Origin: Monocercomonoides exilis PA203
Lineage: Eukaryota; Protista; Preaxostyla
NCBI GenBank assembly: GCA_001643675.2
Contig: LSRY02000001.1
Location: 744,001 to 808,000, forward strand
Direction of reading: 5' to 3'
DNA: 64,000 nt
Both the position numbers and the translations under genes were made by a program. Below, piece after piece: positions 52,401 to 64,000 of the stretch. The notes beneath the pieces are model-generated. The model ran no database searches and was not told the origin of the DNA. It saw only the letters and a program-made list of their open reading frames with translations. How positions within the stretch are numbered: position 1 is the first letter of the stretch; the number at the start of each line of letters is the position of its first letter.

Positions 52401-53400
52401 TTCGGAAAAAGCGGAGGAGATTGGAACACTACCGAATATGTCATAACATTTGCATCTCCATTGCTTTGGAAATCGATTGCACATTCATGATCCGAAGAAA
52501 ATGAAATCAAAGAAAGAAGGGAATTAGATGAATTTTTTTAAGATTTATCACTTTCGTGAGTTGAATTCCTTTTAAGTTTTTTTGTTGAAAAACCCAATTT
52601 TTTCTTATAATCAAACCTCCTCCAGCCATCCGAGAGTTCGATTTCCTCTGAACATTCACTTTGAGGGGCTCTTTTTGATTTGTTGGCAATTTTTGCAAGA
52701 AAAGTGATTTCACATTTCTTATTGATGGAAGAAATCACTTTTTCATTCTGTGGTTGTTTTGGAGGAAGATTACGGTCTTCTGTGTTTATAATCATGAGAT
52801 CATTCCAAGCATTTTCATCTTAAAATTCTTCTTCTTCAGTCGCTTTTTTCTTTTTCCTGCGAATTGAAACTATTGAAGATAATTCTGTTGTATGATTTAT
52901 CATCCAATCATTCCTTTTCTTCCATTCTATTTCACTTAATCCTTTAATGAATAACAAAAAATGAGCTTAATGATAATTATTAAAAAGAGTTAATATGTTC
53001 GAACCTTTTTTTTTTAAAGGAATAACTGATTCGAGAGGCTTTTCAACTTTGTTGAGGTTTTTTTTCAAAGTTTGTTTGGCGTGATTTATTTTCATTTAAG
53101 TCACATCGAATCCGCAATCTACCAATCTTTTCAACGATGAGCATTTGGCTAGAGCTTGTAAAAGTATCGTTTAAGTATGTTTCTAAGCGGAATTGAAAAC
53201 AATGGCTAAGTCTTCAATCAATTGATGAAACGGTTCAAGGAAGCAGACGAATAATAATTCTTCCAACAAAATATCAATCAAAAAAATCTATGTTAAGTGA
53301 TAATTTTTCAAACCGTTCAGCTCTCTTCTTATTCTTTCAGTTGTCTCTTGTGCATCTTTGAGATTTGTTAAAAAAAGTTAATTAGGAGTTCCTCTTCATT
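49500..53400 (-). pseudogene. USP (peptidase C19)-Sola2-like DDD transposase fusion, degenerate copy 2
   Basis: GLPNLGNTCFIASIFQ, EQQNAVDAF, CLKC/CPIC. SGHYIAIVR..WIICNDSSV is in the same uninterrupted ORF (50519-51244) as RTDLCGLC..LFDFK. Then QEFYDFKQ, LSNDYRYV, FCDTGSH and EHHRKNLCDSEFG. Confidence 0.82.
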
Positions 53401-53716
53401 ATTTAACCAATTCTTTTTGTTTCTTCAAAAAGAGCTTTTACCATTCTTGATAATGTGTATATTGGATGAATGTTCATAATGAATTTGTTGAGAAAAAAAT
53501 TATTGAAGAAATGTATAAATGATCAAAAGGATTAATTTGTAATTGATTACTGCTAACCTCATAAAAGAAAAACATTTACAATTTCAGAATAGGAATTTCT
53601 CAAATCGACATCAAATTTGTTGCGCAATATACTCGAAACATTTTTTCTTATGTTTCAATAACTAAATATTTTTCCACTTTAATCCTTTTCTTTCATTCAT
53701 TATTTTATCTTCACAA

Positions 53717-56600
53717 TCAAATCTTCTTTTTTCGTTTAATAAAGAGATGCTTCCTTTTTGCTACAACCAATGCCGAAAGCGGCTCATCTTCTCCGCCAAG
53801 CTCATAGATACCAAACAATGACTTGGCCTTGCTGAAATTGAAGCTGCCCTTCGTCCAACGAACAAACCAAATGGCTTCTTTCCCTCCAACAGCCTTCCTT
53901 CTCATCATCATCATCTTCTTCTTCTTCCTCGATGTCGAGCATCTCATCAATCGCATGGCTCACAAAACTCAATGAATGCTGATTTTTTTTCCCTGTTATT
54001 CATCAGCGCCATCTCCAAAACTCTCAATGGCTCCAATTTCTCTTTCGCCCTCTGCTCACACATCTTCATCCAGCAGCTCAACAGAATTCACCTCAAACAC
54101 ATCGTTATTCATGGCTCGCACAAAATGAGTGCCCCAATTCCTTCCAAAACGTACGAATTTTCAGTCATCGTTGAGGAAGAGTAAGACAGTTCCTCTTTTA
54201 ATTATTTCCCAGGCCAACAAAGAAGGCACACAAACTTCGCTTCCATTTGCCTCGATCAGCGCAACAGCCAGCTACTGCTCTTCTGTTCTGCCTTCAGCCA
54301 TTTGAATTCTCTGTTCTTTTGATGAAGATGTGCCACTGTTTGTATCAAATTATTCCTCACAAATTAAACACGTCTCCGTCGATGCCATCCAAAAACGAGC
54401 ACTAAACGAGCACATAAAGCAAACAATACACGTGTTTATTGGTGTTGAAGAGACAGCAGAAGAGCAATTACACGATTTGTATTGCCTCTGACATCGGTGA
54501 GGCGACAGAAAAAATAGAAGATGATGACAATAGAAGAAGTTGGCTTCAATGAAAATTATTTCGAATGAAAGGAGAACTGATGGAGACAAGAAGAAGGATA
54601 AGGAAGAAGAAGAAGAAGAAGCTGATGATAGAGGAATCTGTTTGTATTCTTCTTGTTTAATAGGTACAGAAACACTTTTACTAAAATGCTCAAAATGAGG
54701 CAGACTCCCAACATTCAATGTGTTCAAAGCAGATGATGGTAAAGATGGTGAAGAAGGAGAAGAAGAAGGAGAAGGATGATGCTCATTCATCATATTTCCT
54801 CTTTTCAAACAATTCCGAATAAAATTGTTCCAACCAAAAAGACGATGCTTTGCTGCTCCTCTCTTTCTTTCCCCTCCTCCTCCTCCTCCTTCTTCTTCTT
54901 CTTTGTCATCGTCAATTTTCATTTCATCTAATATTTCCTCCTTATTTTTGATTGATGTGAGATAATTGAAAGAGAACGCACCGAAAAATTGGAGTCCGAA
55001 GAAACTACTCGCTCTTGCAACTTTAGTGATTGTAAAGATGTTTCCTACTGCTTGTCTTTTCTATGAATCCCGAAGTATTCAAAGAAGTCCATCATGGATA
55101 TCGCATTGAAGGAGTGATCAGCAAAATGCAGAAGATGTTGCAAAAGCAGAAGCAGAAGCCGAAAATGTAGAAAAACAAGAGAGAGAGTTCGCTCAGTCGG
55201 AGATATTGACAAGAAAATCACTCACATCGAAGGAGAATTTAAGTTGCGCTGGAGAAATCTCTCGAATGTCATCTCTGTTGTCATTCACCTCCAAACTCGA
55301 ATTGTTTCAAAATTTTCATCTTTTCATCTGTGTCTCCTTCATCCCTGAAAAATGAGTGAAAGGCATCCTCCTTTTCTTATTGCGTGTATGTTTCCCTTCT
55401 TTTCTTTGCCCACCATAATATCTCTTTCATTTTCATTAATTTCAGCTGCTATTCTGTGATTGAACGAATATTCCTTTCGTCTTTCTGAGTTGAAATGAAA
55501 GATGACGCTTTGCACTGGATTTACGGGAGTTGAATGAAATGAAAAGGCAATTTTCAGTTATTCATCGAAGAAGAAGAAGAAGAAGACGATATAAAAGAAA
55601 TGAAATATATTTTTTCAAGTTGTCTTTTTTTTCATTCACGATTCTCGTGAATGAAATATGAAATGAGGTGACAATATAAAATTGAACGTAGAGAAGAAAA
55701 AGAAATGAAGCAATTTTCAGTTTTATTTAACATCTCTGCAAAATTGAATGTGATAAATACATCAGAAGATCGAGACTCTGTTCCAATGTCAAATTAGCGA
55801 AAATGGCATTGAATGAGTTAAAGAAGAAAATTGGAACGAAGTTGAAGATAGCACTGATGGAGGGAAAGGACAAGATACAGAAGATATTGAAGGATTTGAA
55901 AAAGAAGAAAATGAATAAAATGATGAAGAAGGAGAATGAGGAGGTGAAGAAGAAGAAGGCGAAGAAGATAAATATGATAGGGAATCAAAAAAAATCTATA
56001 AAAAAATTCGAAAATGTTTTTGTTGAAAAAGCACGATGTTATAGTGAGTTGTTAATAGTCAAAGTATTTTTGCAATAATTTGATTTCTGTGAGCAGAATT
56101 TCATTATCTTTTTTGTTGTGATGGATACATTGACGCAACTTAATAATGTTGGATTTTCCAAAGAAAATTCGTTGATTCAGAGTGATTGTCAAAGACATCT
56201 TGACATTAACAGAAAATGATGCTTATGAATCGAGCTAAAAATACTAACCACATTAAAATTTGTTGATTACCTTGCAAAGGAGAAGATGAATATAAAGAAG
56301 AAGTTTTTGAATACGAAGACGACAGTTGAGAAGAAGAAGAAAAAGGCTATGATGTTTGCGTGTTGCTTCGTCACCACAAACTTGTTTGTTGGACTGAGGG
56401 CAACAATTGCAGAAACAGAAAAGTGAAATGGAAGAAAAGAAGAAGATGTTGATGATAATTGCAATTGAAATGAAATGATCAAGATGATCTCTTCAAAGGC
56501 TGCTGAATGACAAAGGCGAAGATAAAAACTCATTTGAAGAAAATACAGGCATGATGATCAAATTCGAATTACATTACAGACAACAGCAGCAAGAGAAGGC
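53717..56600 (-). pseudogene. Degraded host-like gene with a RING-like Cys/His cluster
   Basis: Ser-rich coding-like block. KHVYCL..CARFWMASTETCLICEE can be read across indels at ~54350-54440. Confidence 0.4.
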
Positions 56601-57514
56601 AGATTTATTTTATGTTGTGACATGAGAATTTTATGGTTATTCAAACAACAAATTCTCAAATACGAAGAAGGTGTTCCTTCTATCAGCCAAATTAAAAAAA
56701 TCTCAATAATGAAGAGATCGAAGTGAAATTAGAAGATAACTCATTGCCTGGGTAAATTCAGCTTGAAATGGATTGTTTCTGAGAAAAGCGCAATAAAAAA
56801 GCTGTTGGTTGAAATGGAAAAATGATTTAGAAAATACATAAAAACAATAAGTTTTGCATAGATTGAAATATCAAAAAATAGCACACCTGCCATCTTTTTC
56901 GCAAATGCAAAGGATTGTTCAATCACTGATGCTGTCAATCTCCTTTTCCCTTGATTCACAGTGCTCCTTTCTCCATCATCTTTTTTACTTACATTAATAT
57001 CCAACTTAAAATGTTGTCTTCCACTTTCTTTGTCAGAAAAATGTCTCTTCATTTTTTCTTTCCCAGTGCTGTATAATTGTGAGCGTTTTTATTTTTCATC
57101 TCATCAAAATGTTTAAAAATCGAATTTGTTTTTCATCTCTTGTTCAAGTTGAATACGGAAAATATGCAATTCCCATCTGCTGGTTGTATCTTGGAATCCA
57201 TCTCTCTTTTGATGTTTTCCTCAAAAAACCAAATGAATGGCCATTTATTCAATTTATCAGATTCTTGGATTCTGAAAAGATATTAAATAAAAATATCTTC
57301 TCAACGAACAAGAACGATATAAAATGCAAACATAAAAATTTCCGTATGTTATTTTGAAAAATGAATTTCCTTCAAAGATGCTTTTCAAAAAAAGTCATCT
57401 CGCACAATTCCACTGCCAACGCCTCGCTTTCACTGACCTTGTTTCCGCGTAAAATAATAACTACTATCCTTCAGAAAATGTTCATTTACTCTTCTCTTAT
57501 TCGATATATTAACC

Positions 57515-60500
57515 GGCATAGGTGTAACTGTCTACCTTTTGCAATTCTGGATTTTTGCTATTAATTTTATGATATTTGAAAAGCATAAATTATTTAAAAA
57601 CTTTTGTATGGACAGATTTTTCGAAATTCTTCTTGCTTCTCATGAAAAAAAACTTTTTTTTAAAATGACCCATAAATATGAGAATTATGAATAAAAATAA
57701 ATATTAATGTAAATTTTCCAATCAATAAATAGATACAAGGCTTGTAAATATTATGTTTTCTTTTTAAATAAGAGAATTTATCAAAATAAAGCATTTTTCA
57801 AAATCTTTTTTAGAAATGAGAATAATTTTGATCAATCCCACGATATAATATAAAATATCCAATAAATAAAATTTTGTATTTATGCTTGATAAGTTGAATG
57901 GATACTTTCAGTTGTTATGTATACTATCCATTTATATATTGAAGAGTGATAATATATATTATTTATTTTTGTTTTATTTTTTCATTTCCATATTATGATA
58001 ATTATTATTCTGATGTATTTTTTGCACTACAAACAGTTTTTATCACTTCGAAGATAATGATTGAAATTACACAAACATTTTTGTAACAGATAACTTGGTG
58101 ATTTAGAATTACTTTTTTCATTATTTTCCAACTGTATTCAATTCGCATCAACCAAATTATAATTCAATTGAATAAAGCAACGTAGATCAGTAAGAAAAAG
58201 CTGAGTTAAAAAAAAGAAAAGAAAATGAAGGAAGCATAGTATTTTTTCTGAATAATCAATATCTTCTAACTTATCAATGAAAATTACTGGTTTTAACCCT
58301 GCAGTTTTTAAGAATAAAGCAATTAGCAAATTGCTCAATAGGTGGAGTCAATTCAAAGGAAACAAAAGGGAAATTGATGAAATTAAAGGATTGTTTGGAT
58401 TTGAAAATGGACAATGGAAAATTTGATGGAAGAACGAAAGAAAGAAATGAATAGAACATCAATGAGGAAGAAGAGATATGTAAATGGAGTGGCTCATTGG
58501 TTGATGTTGAGAAGAGCAATGTGGAGATGAGGGAAACAACGATTATGAAGAGCAAGGAAGGTGGATTGCGGGTGAGTGGAGCGAGTGTGAGGATTGAGAA
58601 AGGAGAATTTGAGAACAACAACCCATCTATTGAGGGATATCCATCAGCCAGAAGGAATGCGATTTGTGAAGGGAATGGGGGGTTGAATGTTGTGAGTGTG
58701 AAAGGGGGAGATGGAATGTTGCCAAACACATCGATGTGGATATTGGACGAAGGATGCAAATTGGGAGGGATAGATTCAGAAAGAGGATCATCATATTTCA
58801 TCCCCATTTTGGTAGATGTGAAGAATATTTTTCAGCCAAATGGGGATGTGGAGTTGATGATTCTGGGAAAGCTGCTTCTTCCGCGTGGTTTAACTCTGAG
58901 ATAAAACATGAAAGAAGGGGATTTTGAGCTTCCATATAAGAGCACCATTGAAGAAGGTGGGTACATATCAGAGAACGAGGTGCATTCAATGATTTCATTG
59001 GAATTACTGAAAGTGATAAAGAACAAAACAGAAGTGAGTGTGTGCATTGTGTTTGGAAAAGATGAATCATCTTCTTCTAATGGAATTGTGGTGATGAATA
59101 AGAGTGAGAGTCAATCAAAAGGAGAGAAGAATGAAGATGAAGGAGATGAAAATAACAAAAAAGTTCAAAACAACAATGAATGGAGCATGGTTGTTATTGT
59201 TATAATAGCTGTGCTTTTTTTGATGTTTGAATTTATATTTGTTGTAGTGGTGGTGATATTACGAAAAAAACTTAGGGAATCAGAAAAGAACGTTAAAAAA
59301 AACAAGAATAGAAAATGAGCAGATAATGGAAAAGATGGAAAGGAGAAGGTAAAGCAATGAAAGAAGCTTTGAGATGAGTGAAATGCCATCTACGTTGCTG
59401 GAAGGAATGACGAGCCAAATTCCGTTATTGATCGAGGATGAAGAATGCTCATCTGAATCTCCAACAACAAGCAATGATGACGATGATGAGATTCTGAATG
59501 AAAATGATTTGTCGGTTTTTGGGTTTCCTCCTCCAAGATCTGAGAATGCTTCTGCTTCTGGAGTGCCACAATCATATTCATTCAATGTTATATCAGCGAA
59601 GAAGCCATTTCGAGAAAAGGAGAAAAAGAACATCAAAATGTTGCATTCTGTTATTCATTCAGTGCAAGGCAATTTCACACTGGGAACAAGAGCGATGGAT
59701 GTTGTTGATGGGAAGGAGGTTGTTTTGGCAGTTGCAGAGCTGTTTGAGCATTTGATTTCTGTTGGAGACGAAAGGGTGGAAATGATGGCGAGGCAGCTGT
59801 GCCCATATACAATCTTTGTTGAAGAAGGGAACGAAAATGAAATATACCTATTGACTGAAGAATTGGAGGATGAAAAACAGAAGGAAGAAATGAAGCGATG
59901 GAAGGCACCAGAAATTGGAAATGAAGATGAGGAAGTGGAAAATGATGGAATTGAGCAAGCAGTTGTATTCACACTTGGACTGATACTCCATGAAATGACA
60001 ACAGGGGAAGTGCCATTGAGCGAGTGTGAAGCCGAGGAAGCACAGGAGATGATGAGGGATGGAGTGCGACCGCTGACAGAAGGAATCGAAGGAAAATATC
60101 TGGTTGAGCTGATGGTAAATATGTGAGCAGATGAGACTAATGACAAACCGAAAAAGGACAAAGTGATTTTTTTATTGTTGGAAATGTTTGAATATAATTT
60201 CATTTAACATTGAATATTAATTTTTGCAGCAATAAATAGAAACGGAAAAATTTAAGGTTTGAGCAAAAACATAAAAGCAAATTATTCTTATTCTTGAAAT
60301 TTATCCTTCTTATTTGAAGATTAATTAAAATTTTTAATATTAAAATAAATACACATGCTCATTAACATACACAATGCTTATCGAATGAACTAAAATTTTT
60401 AAAAAACTTGTTGACAATTATTGTGTTGTTTCATCAAATAAGAAATCAACAAATTCAGAAATAATGACTGTGAAGAAAAAACAATTGGTTAAAGTTCAAA

Positions 60501-61104
60501 AACATATACAATTAAATAACTGAACAACATACACAACATTAACAAAAATGATAATGCAAGCAACAAATAATGCTCTTTAATTTACAAGATTTGAAAAAAT
60601 TCAATTTTCCTGAAACATATCATCTGAATCATCAAAGAACACTAAAAAACTGAATGTTCAACCACATTAAATAATAGTGGATATCTGAAGATTTATTAAT
60701 ATAATAACTGCAAGTATCCATTCAACTTATCAAGCATAAATACAAAATTTTATTTATTGGATATTTTATATTATATCGTGGGATTGATCAAAATTATTCT
60801 CATTTCTAAAAAAGATTTTGAAAAATGCTTTATTTTGATAAATTCTCTTATTTAAAAAGAAAACATAATATTTACAAGCCTTGTATCTATTTATTGATTG
60901 GAAAATTTACATTAATATTTATTTTTATTCATAATTCTCATATTTATGGGTCATTTTAAAAAAAAGTTTTTTTTCATGAGAAGCAAGAAGAATTTCGAAA
61001 AATCTGTCCATACAAAAGTTTTTAAATAATTTATGCTTTTCAAATATCATAAAATTAATAGCAAAAATCCAGAATTGCAAAAGGTAGACAGTTACACCTA
61101 TGCC
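57515..61104. mobile_element. Pack-type non-autonomous element: 393-bp TIRs, 8-bp TSD, host gene cargo
   Basis: TIRs 57515-57907 and 60712-61104 begin GGCATAGGTGTAACTG. TSD TATTAACC at 57507-57514 and 61105-61112. Confidence 0.95.
58330..60200 (+). pseudogene. Fragment of a single-pass membrane protein with C-terminal kinase-like domain
   Basis: Extracellular-type NNPSIEGYPSARRNAICEG, TM helix MVVIVIIAVLFLMFEFIFVVVVVIL-RKK, kinase C-lobe RWKAPE..VFTLGLILHEMTTGEVP. 5'-truncated, with stops and frameshifts. Confidence 0.8.
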
Positions 61105-61335
61105 TATTAACCTTCACGGAAAAATGATAATTGAACTATTAAACATACCATAATATTTTTTCTGTTTCAATTTTTTAAAATGTCATCGATCGATTGCATG
61201 TTTTCAAGTTTTTCAGCGATCTCTCTTCAGATTTTCAAATGTATTTTTTAAAAGAATGTAAATTTAAAACAACAATAAAATTACTCATGAAAGATCAACG
61301 ATGCAACGATTTTTTGATCTCATAAAAATTCACAC

Positions 61336-63100
61336 ATATCGTGTGCATATTAACATGTCAAAGTGGACGAACAGTTCAACCCCCATCTGTGCTTCAGCTT
61401 TCAGAATCAATGCTACACTTACGAAGGGATGTCCTTTGGAGCAAAGGACGCGCCCAGAGTATTCACGAAGATTATGAAATGGGCAGCGTCATATATCAGA
61501 GAAAAGTGGAAAGTGAAGCTTGTAATACACCTGGACGACATTCTCCTCATGCACCCAGACAGGGATGCTTTGAGATTGACCTCACAGAAGATAGCCCAGT
61601 TCCTGAGAAATCTGGGCTGGATACCGTCGGAAGAGAAACTGAATTTGGAACCCACAAAGAGTGGGGAGTTTTTGGGATGGCTGTGGAATTCAGAGAAGAT
61701 GAAAGTGACGCTTTAGGAGAAAAAGAAAGTGCTGCTGCTGGAGGATGTGCGAACTTGGATTGCATTTGCAAAGAGAAGGAAGAGTTCAGAGACAAGAGAC
61801 CTAGCAGCACTCCTCCGGAGGTTGAATTTTGTGAGACTGCAATACACACCAGTGAGCTTGTGGATGAAGTGCATGCAACACGTGCTGAGGCAGGCAATAG
61901 CCAGTGGGGGCTGGAAGGGAACAATGATAGTCAACCCAATGATTCTGGGAGAATTAACACATTGGAGGAAAACCCTGCTTGAGAACAAACCGAGGTGTCT
62001 GAGGAAGAGAGCAAGGCCAGCAGTACTAACAACGGATGCTTCAGAGCTGGGATGGGGTGCAGTATTAACAATACCGAAAGAGAACAGGGAGGAGAAAATC
62101 TATGTCCACGGAAGTTGGACCCTCCAGGAGAGTGCGTTAGCGATTAACGAAAAGGAGTCCAGAGCAGTGTTGAGGACTTTAGAAAGGAAAGGAACATGGC
62201 TGCAACAACAGAAGATAGACCATATTCGTCTGAGGACAGACCATATGTCCACGATGTGGACAATACAAAAGAAGAGGGGAGCGCCATCGCTCATTCCAAC
62301 ACTGAGAGCAATAGAGAAGAAACTGAACAGCCTGGACATTACGATACAAACAGAATATCTCCCGTGAGAACAGAATATGGAAGCAGATGCACTCAGCAGG
62401 ATGGCAAAAAAGCCGGACTATGTACTGAGTGTGGAGAAAGTCGCAGAGACATTACAAATAGTCGCACCGAGAATACTAGATACAATTTTAGAACAGATTG
62501 CTCCGGTGCCCTGCGGAAGAACTTGGAGACTATCCTTCGTCAGAAGGAAGAGAGAGAGAGAAACGCAAGGAAACGAGATAGTACTAGTCCACCCGTTCAT
62601 GAGGAACATCGGATCGACCTCAAAAGAGATGAGAAAAAAAGGCTGGAAGTTACCACCAGGAGAGGTTATAAGTATTGCACTGAAGAAGAAAACTTTCCAG
62701 GAAGGGAACTCCTTCAAGCATGGAGAAAATACGTTGGAGTGAAAAATATATCAGCAGCAATTTTGAGAAATCAGAAGAACGAAAGAGTTACGTAAAGAGC
62801 GCTACGAAGATTTATCAAGTCTTGGACAAGTGAAGTACTGATGATACTGACCCCCTCACAACCAAAGAGGCCAAGTAGATTATCTAAGTATTTATTGAAG
62901 CTCTATCCAATACAAATGTTTCAAGTGGAGAAATTAATAAAGCTGAACAAAAAGTTTTCGAGTCCATTAACATTTTCAGAGAAATTGAGACGAATGTGAA
63001 AGAAATTGATTCATCTCCTTAAACTCACGTTAGAGATAAGCCGAGAAGTGGAAAACAATTTGAATCAATGGGGGATATAACAATTATCACAAAAGGGGAA
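61336..63100 (+). pseudogene. DIRS element 2, 3' part (RT, RNase H, eroded MT/YR)
   Basis: GMSFGAKDAPRVFTK, IHLDDILL, FLGW, LTTDASELGWGA, AINEKE, RTDH, ADALSR. Confidence 0.9.
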
Positions 63101-64000
63101 GAAATTACATATAACTGGCACATTATTTTTTTGATCATCCATTTTCAATGTTTTTTTTCGATTTCAAAAATCTGCACAAACAAACAGATTTTGAAACCAT
63201 ATTTGTAATTGCAAGTAATATGATGCAATTGCAATTTAGAAGCAAATGTTATATTTATTATCAACGTTTGTACGTCCTGAAAAAATATTTTTTTGAAATG
63301 AATTTCAATTTAAATAATACCTCAACCAAAAATGCCAGTTTTTTTCTAAATTATTAATTATTAAACAACAAATACAAAATGTCAACAATCCCTGTGAAGT
63401 TCGGTAAATTCATGATCGATGTTTTGATTAACAAATTCCATATTAAAAACTATTTGTTATTGTTCTTTCAGAAAACATCTTCAAAAAAATAAACGAACGC
63501 GATAAAAAAAGGACATTGTCGATAATTTGACGATTTTAACAAAAGTGCATCTGTTCATTTTCTTTAATGATGAATAAATATGCAATGATAAAGTTTAGCA
63601 AAAAGTTATATTATTTCAGATATTCAAGTGTTTTTATAAAATTATTGTCTTGAAACAAAATGTTTCTTTTTCCTTTATAATCTAGGTTTATATGATTAGA
63701 TTTGCTTATCAAATTGTTTCATTTGATCATGGGCATTTAGAAACTATTAACCAATGAAAAGAAGCTTTTTAAACTGTTTAACTGGTATTCTATGTATTCT
63801 TGGTTGATTTATTAAAAACATATATTCTCCTTGATTCTATTCTTATCGTTTTCATTTATTGAAACAGTCAACATGACAGTTCTTCGGAAATGTTTTATTG
63901 TTTATTGTTGTCACTTGTGTTGGAAATCGAAAATTCAAACTTTTGATAGAACAACATATTTTTTTTTATTTTGAGATTAAAATCGAATGAGAAATTTAAA

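Larger units (their letters stand above)
47422..61335. mobile_element. 13.9-kb TIR element (putative Sola-type) inserted in the DIRS RT
   Basis: 21-bp TIRs GTGTGATTTTTTATGGGATCA / GTGTGAATTTTTATGAGATCA. Flanks ATGT/ATAT. Excision restores RT T-L-D-I-S-C-A-Y-*-H-V-K. Confidence 0.88.

Noticed and set aside
663-61716. TAA/TAG-to-Gln recoding (known in some oxymonads), suggested by single in-frame stops at 663, 11515 and 14053
   Set aside because: Long Gln-rich ORFs such as 8103-9410 use only CAA/CAG. The in-frame stops align with varied residues (Leu at ~7517, Glu at 50519, Gly via TGA at ~47217), which fits random nonsense decay.
1-64000. CRISPR arrays, rRNA genes, prokaryotic operons or defence systems
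   Set aside because: No regularly spaced repeats or rRNA-like sequence was seen. The content is eukaryotic TE and pseudogene DNA.

Overview
AT-rich eukaryotic DNA, most likely an oxymonad such as Monocercomonoides. This is inferred from the Ser/Glu-rich pseudogenes and the membrane-anchored kinase-like gene family; it is not proven. The window is almost entirely nested transposable elements and contains no clearly intact host gene. It holds three PIF/Harbinger/ISL2EU-type (DDE_Tnp_4) copies plus a non-autonomous derivative, two Merlin/IS1595-type elements, pogo/DDE_1 and possible hAT remnants, two DIRS-type tyrosine-recombinase retrotransposons and several MITE families. The main result is two divergent copies (about 6.2-9.9 kb on + and about 49.5-53.4 kb on -) of a Sola2-like DDD transposase with a complete ubiquitin-specific protease (USP/peptidase C19) domain placed directly in front of the transposase core. 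Each copy lies inside a large insertion that splits another TE gene and carries host-like gene fragments. One is a 13.9-kb TIR element (47422-61335) in a DIRS RT. The other is a ~12.2-kb foldback structure with 2.5-kb arms (3008-15175) in a Harbinger-type transposase. A 3.6-kb Pack-type element with 393-bp TIRs and an 8-bp TSD carries a host kinase-like gene fragment. A young Merlin element carries a Pol III/tRNA-like cassette.
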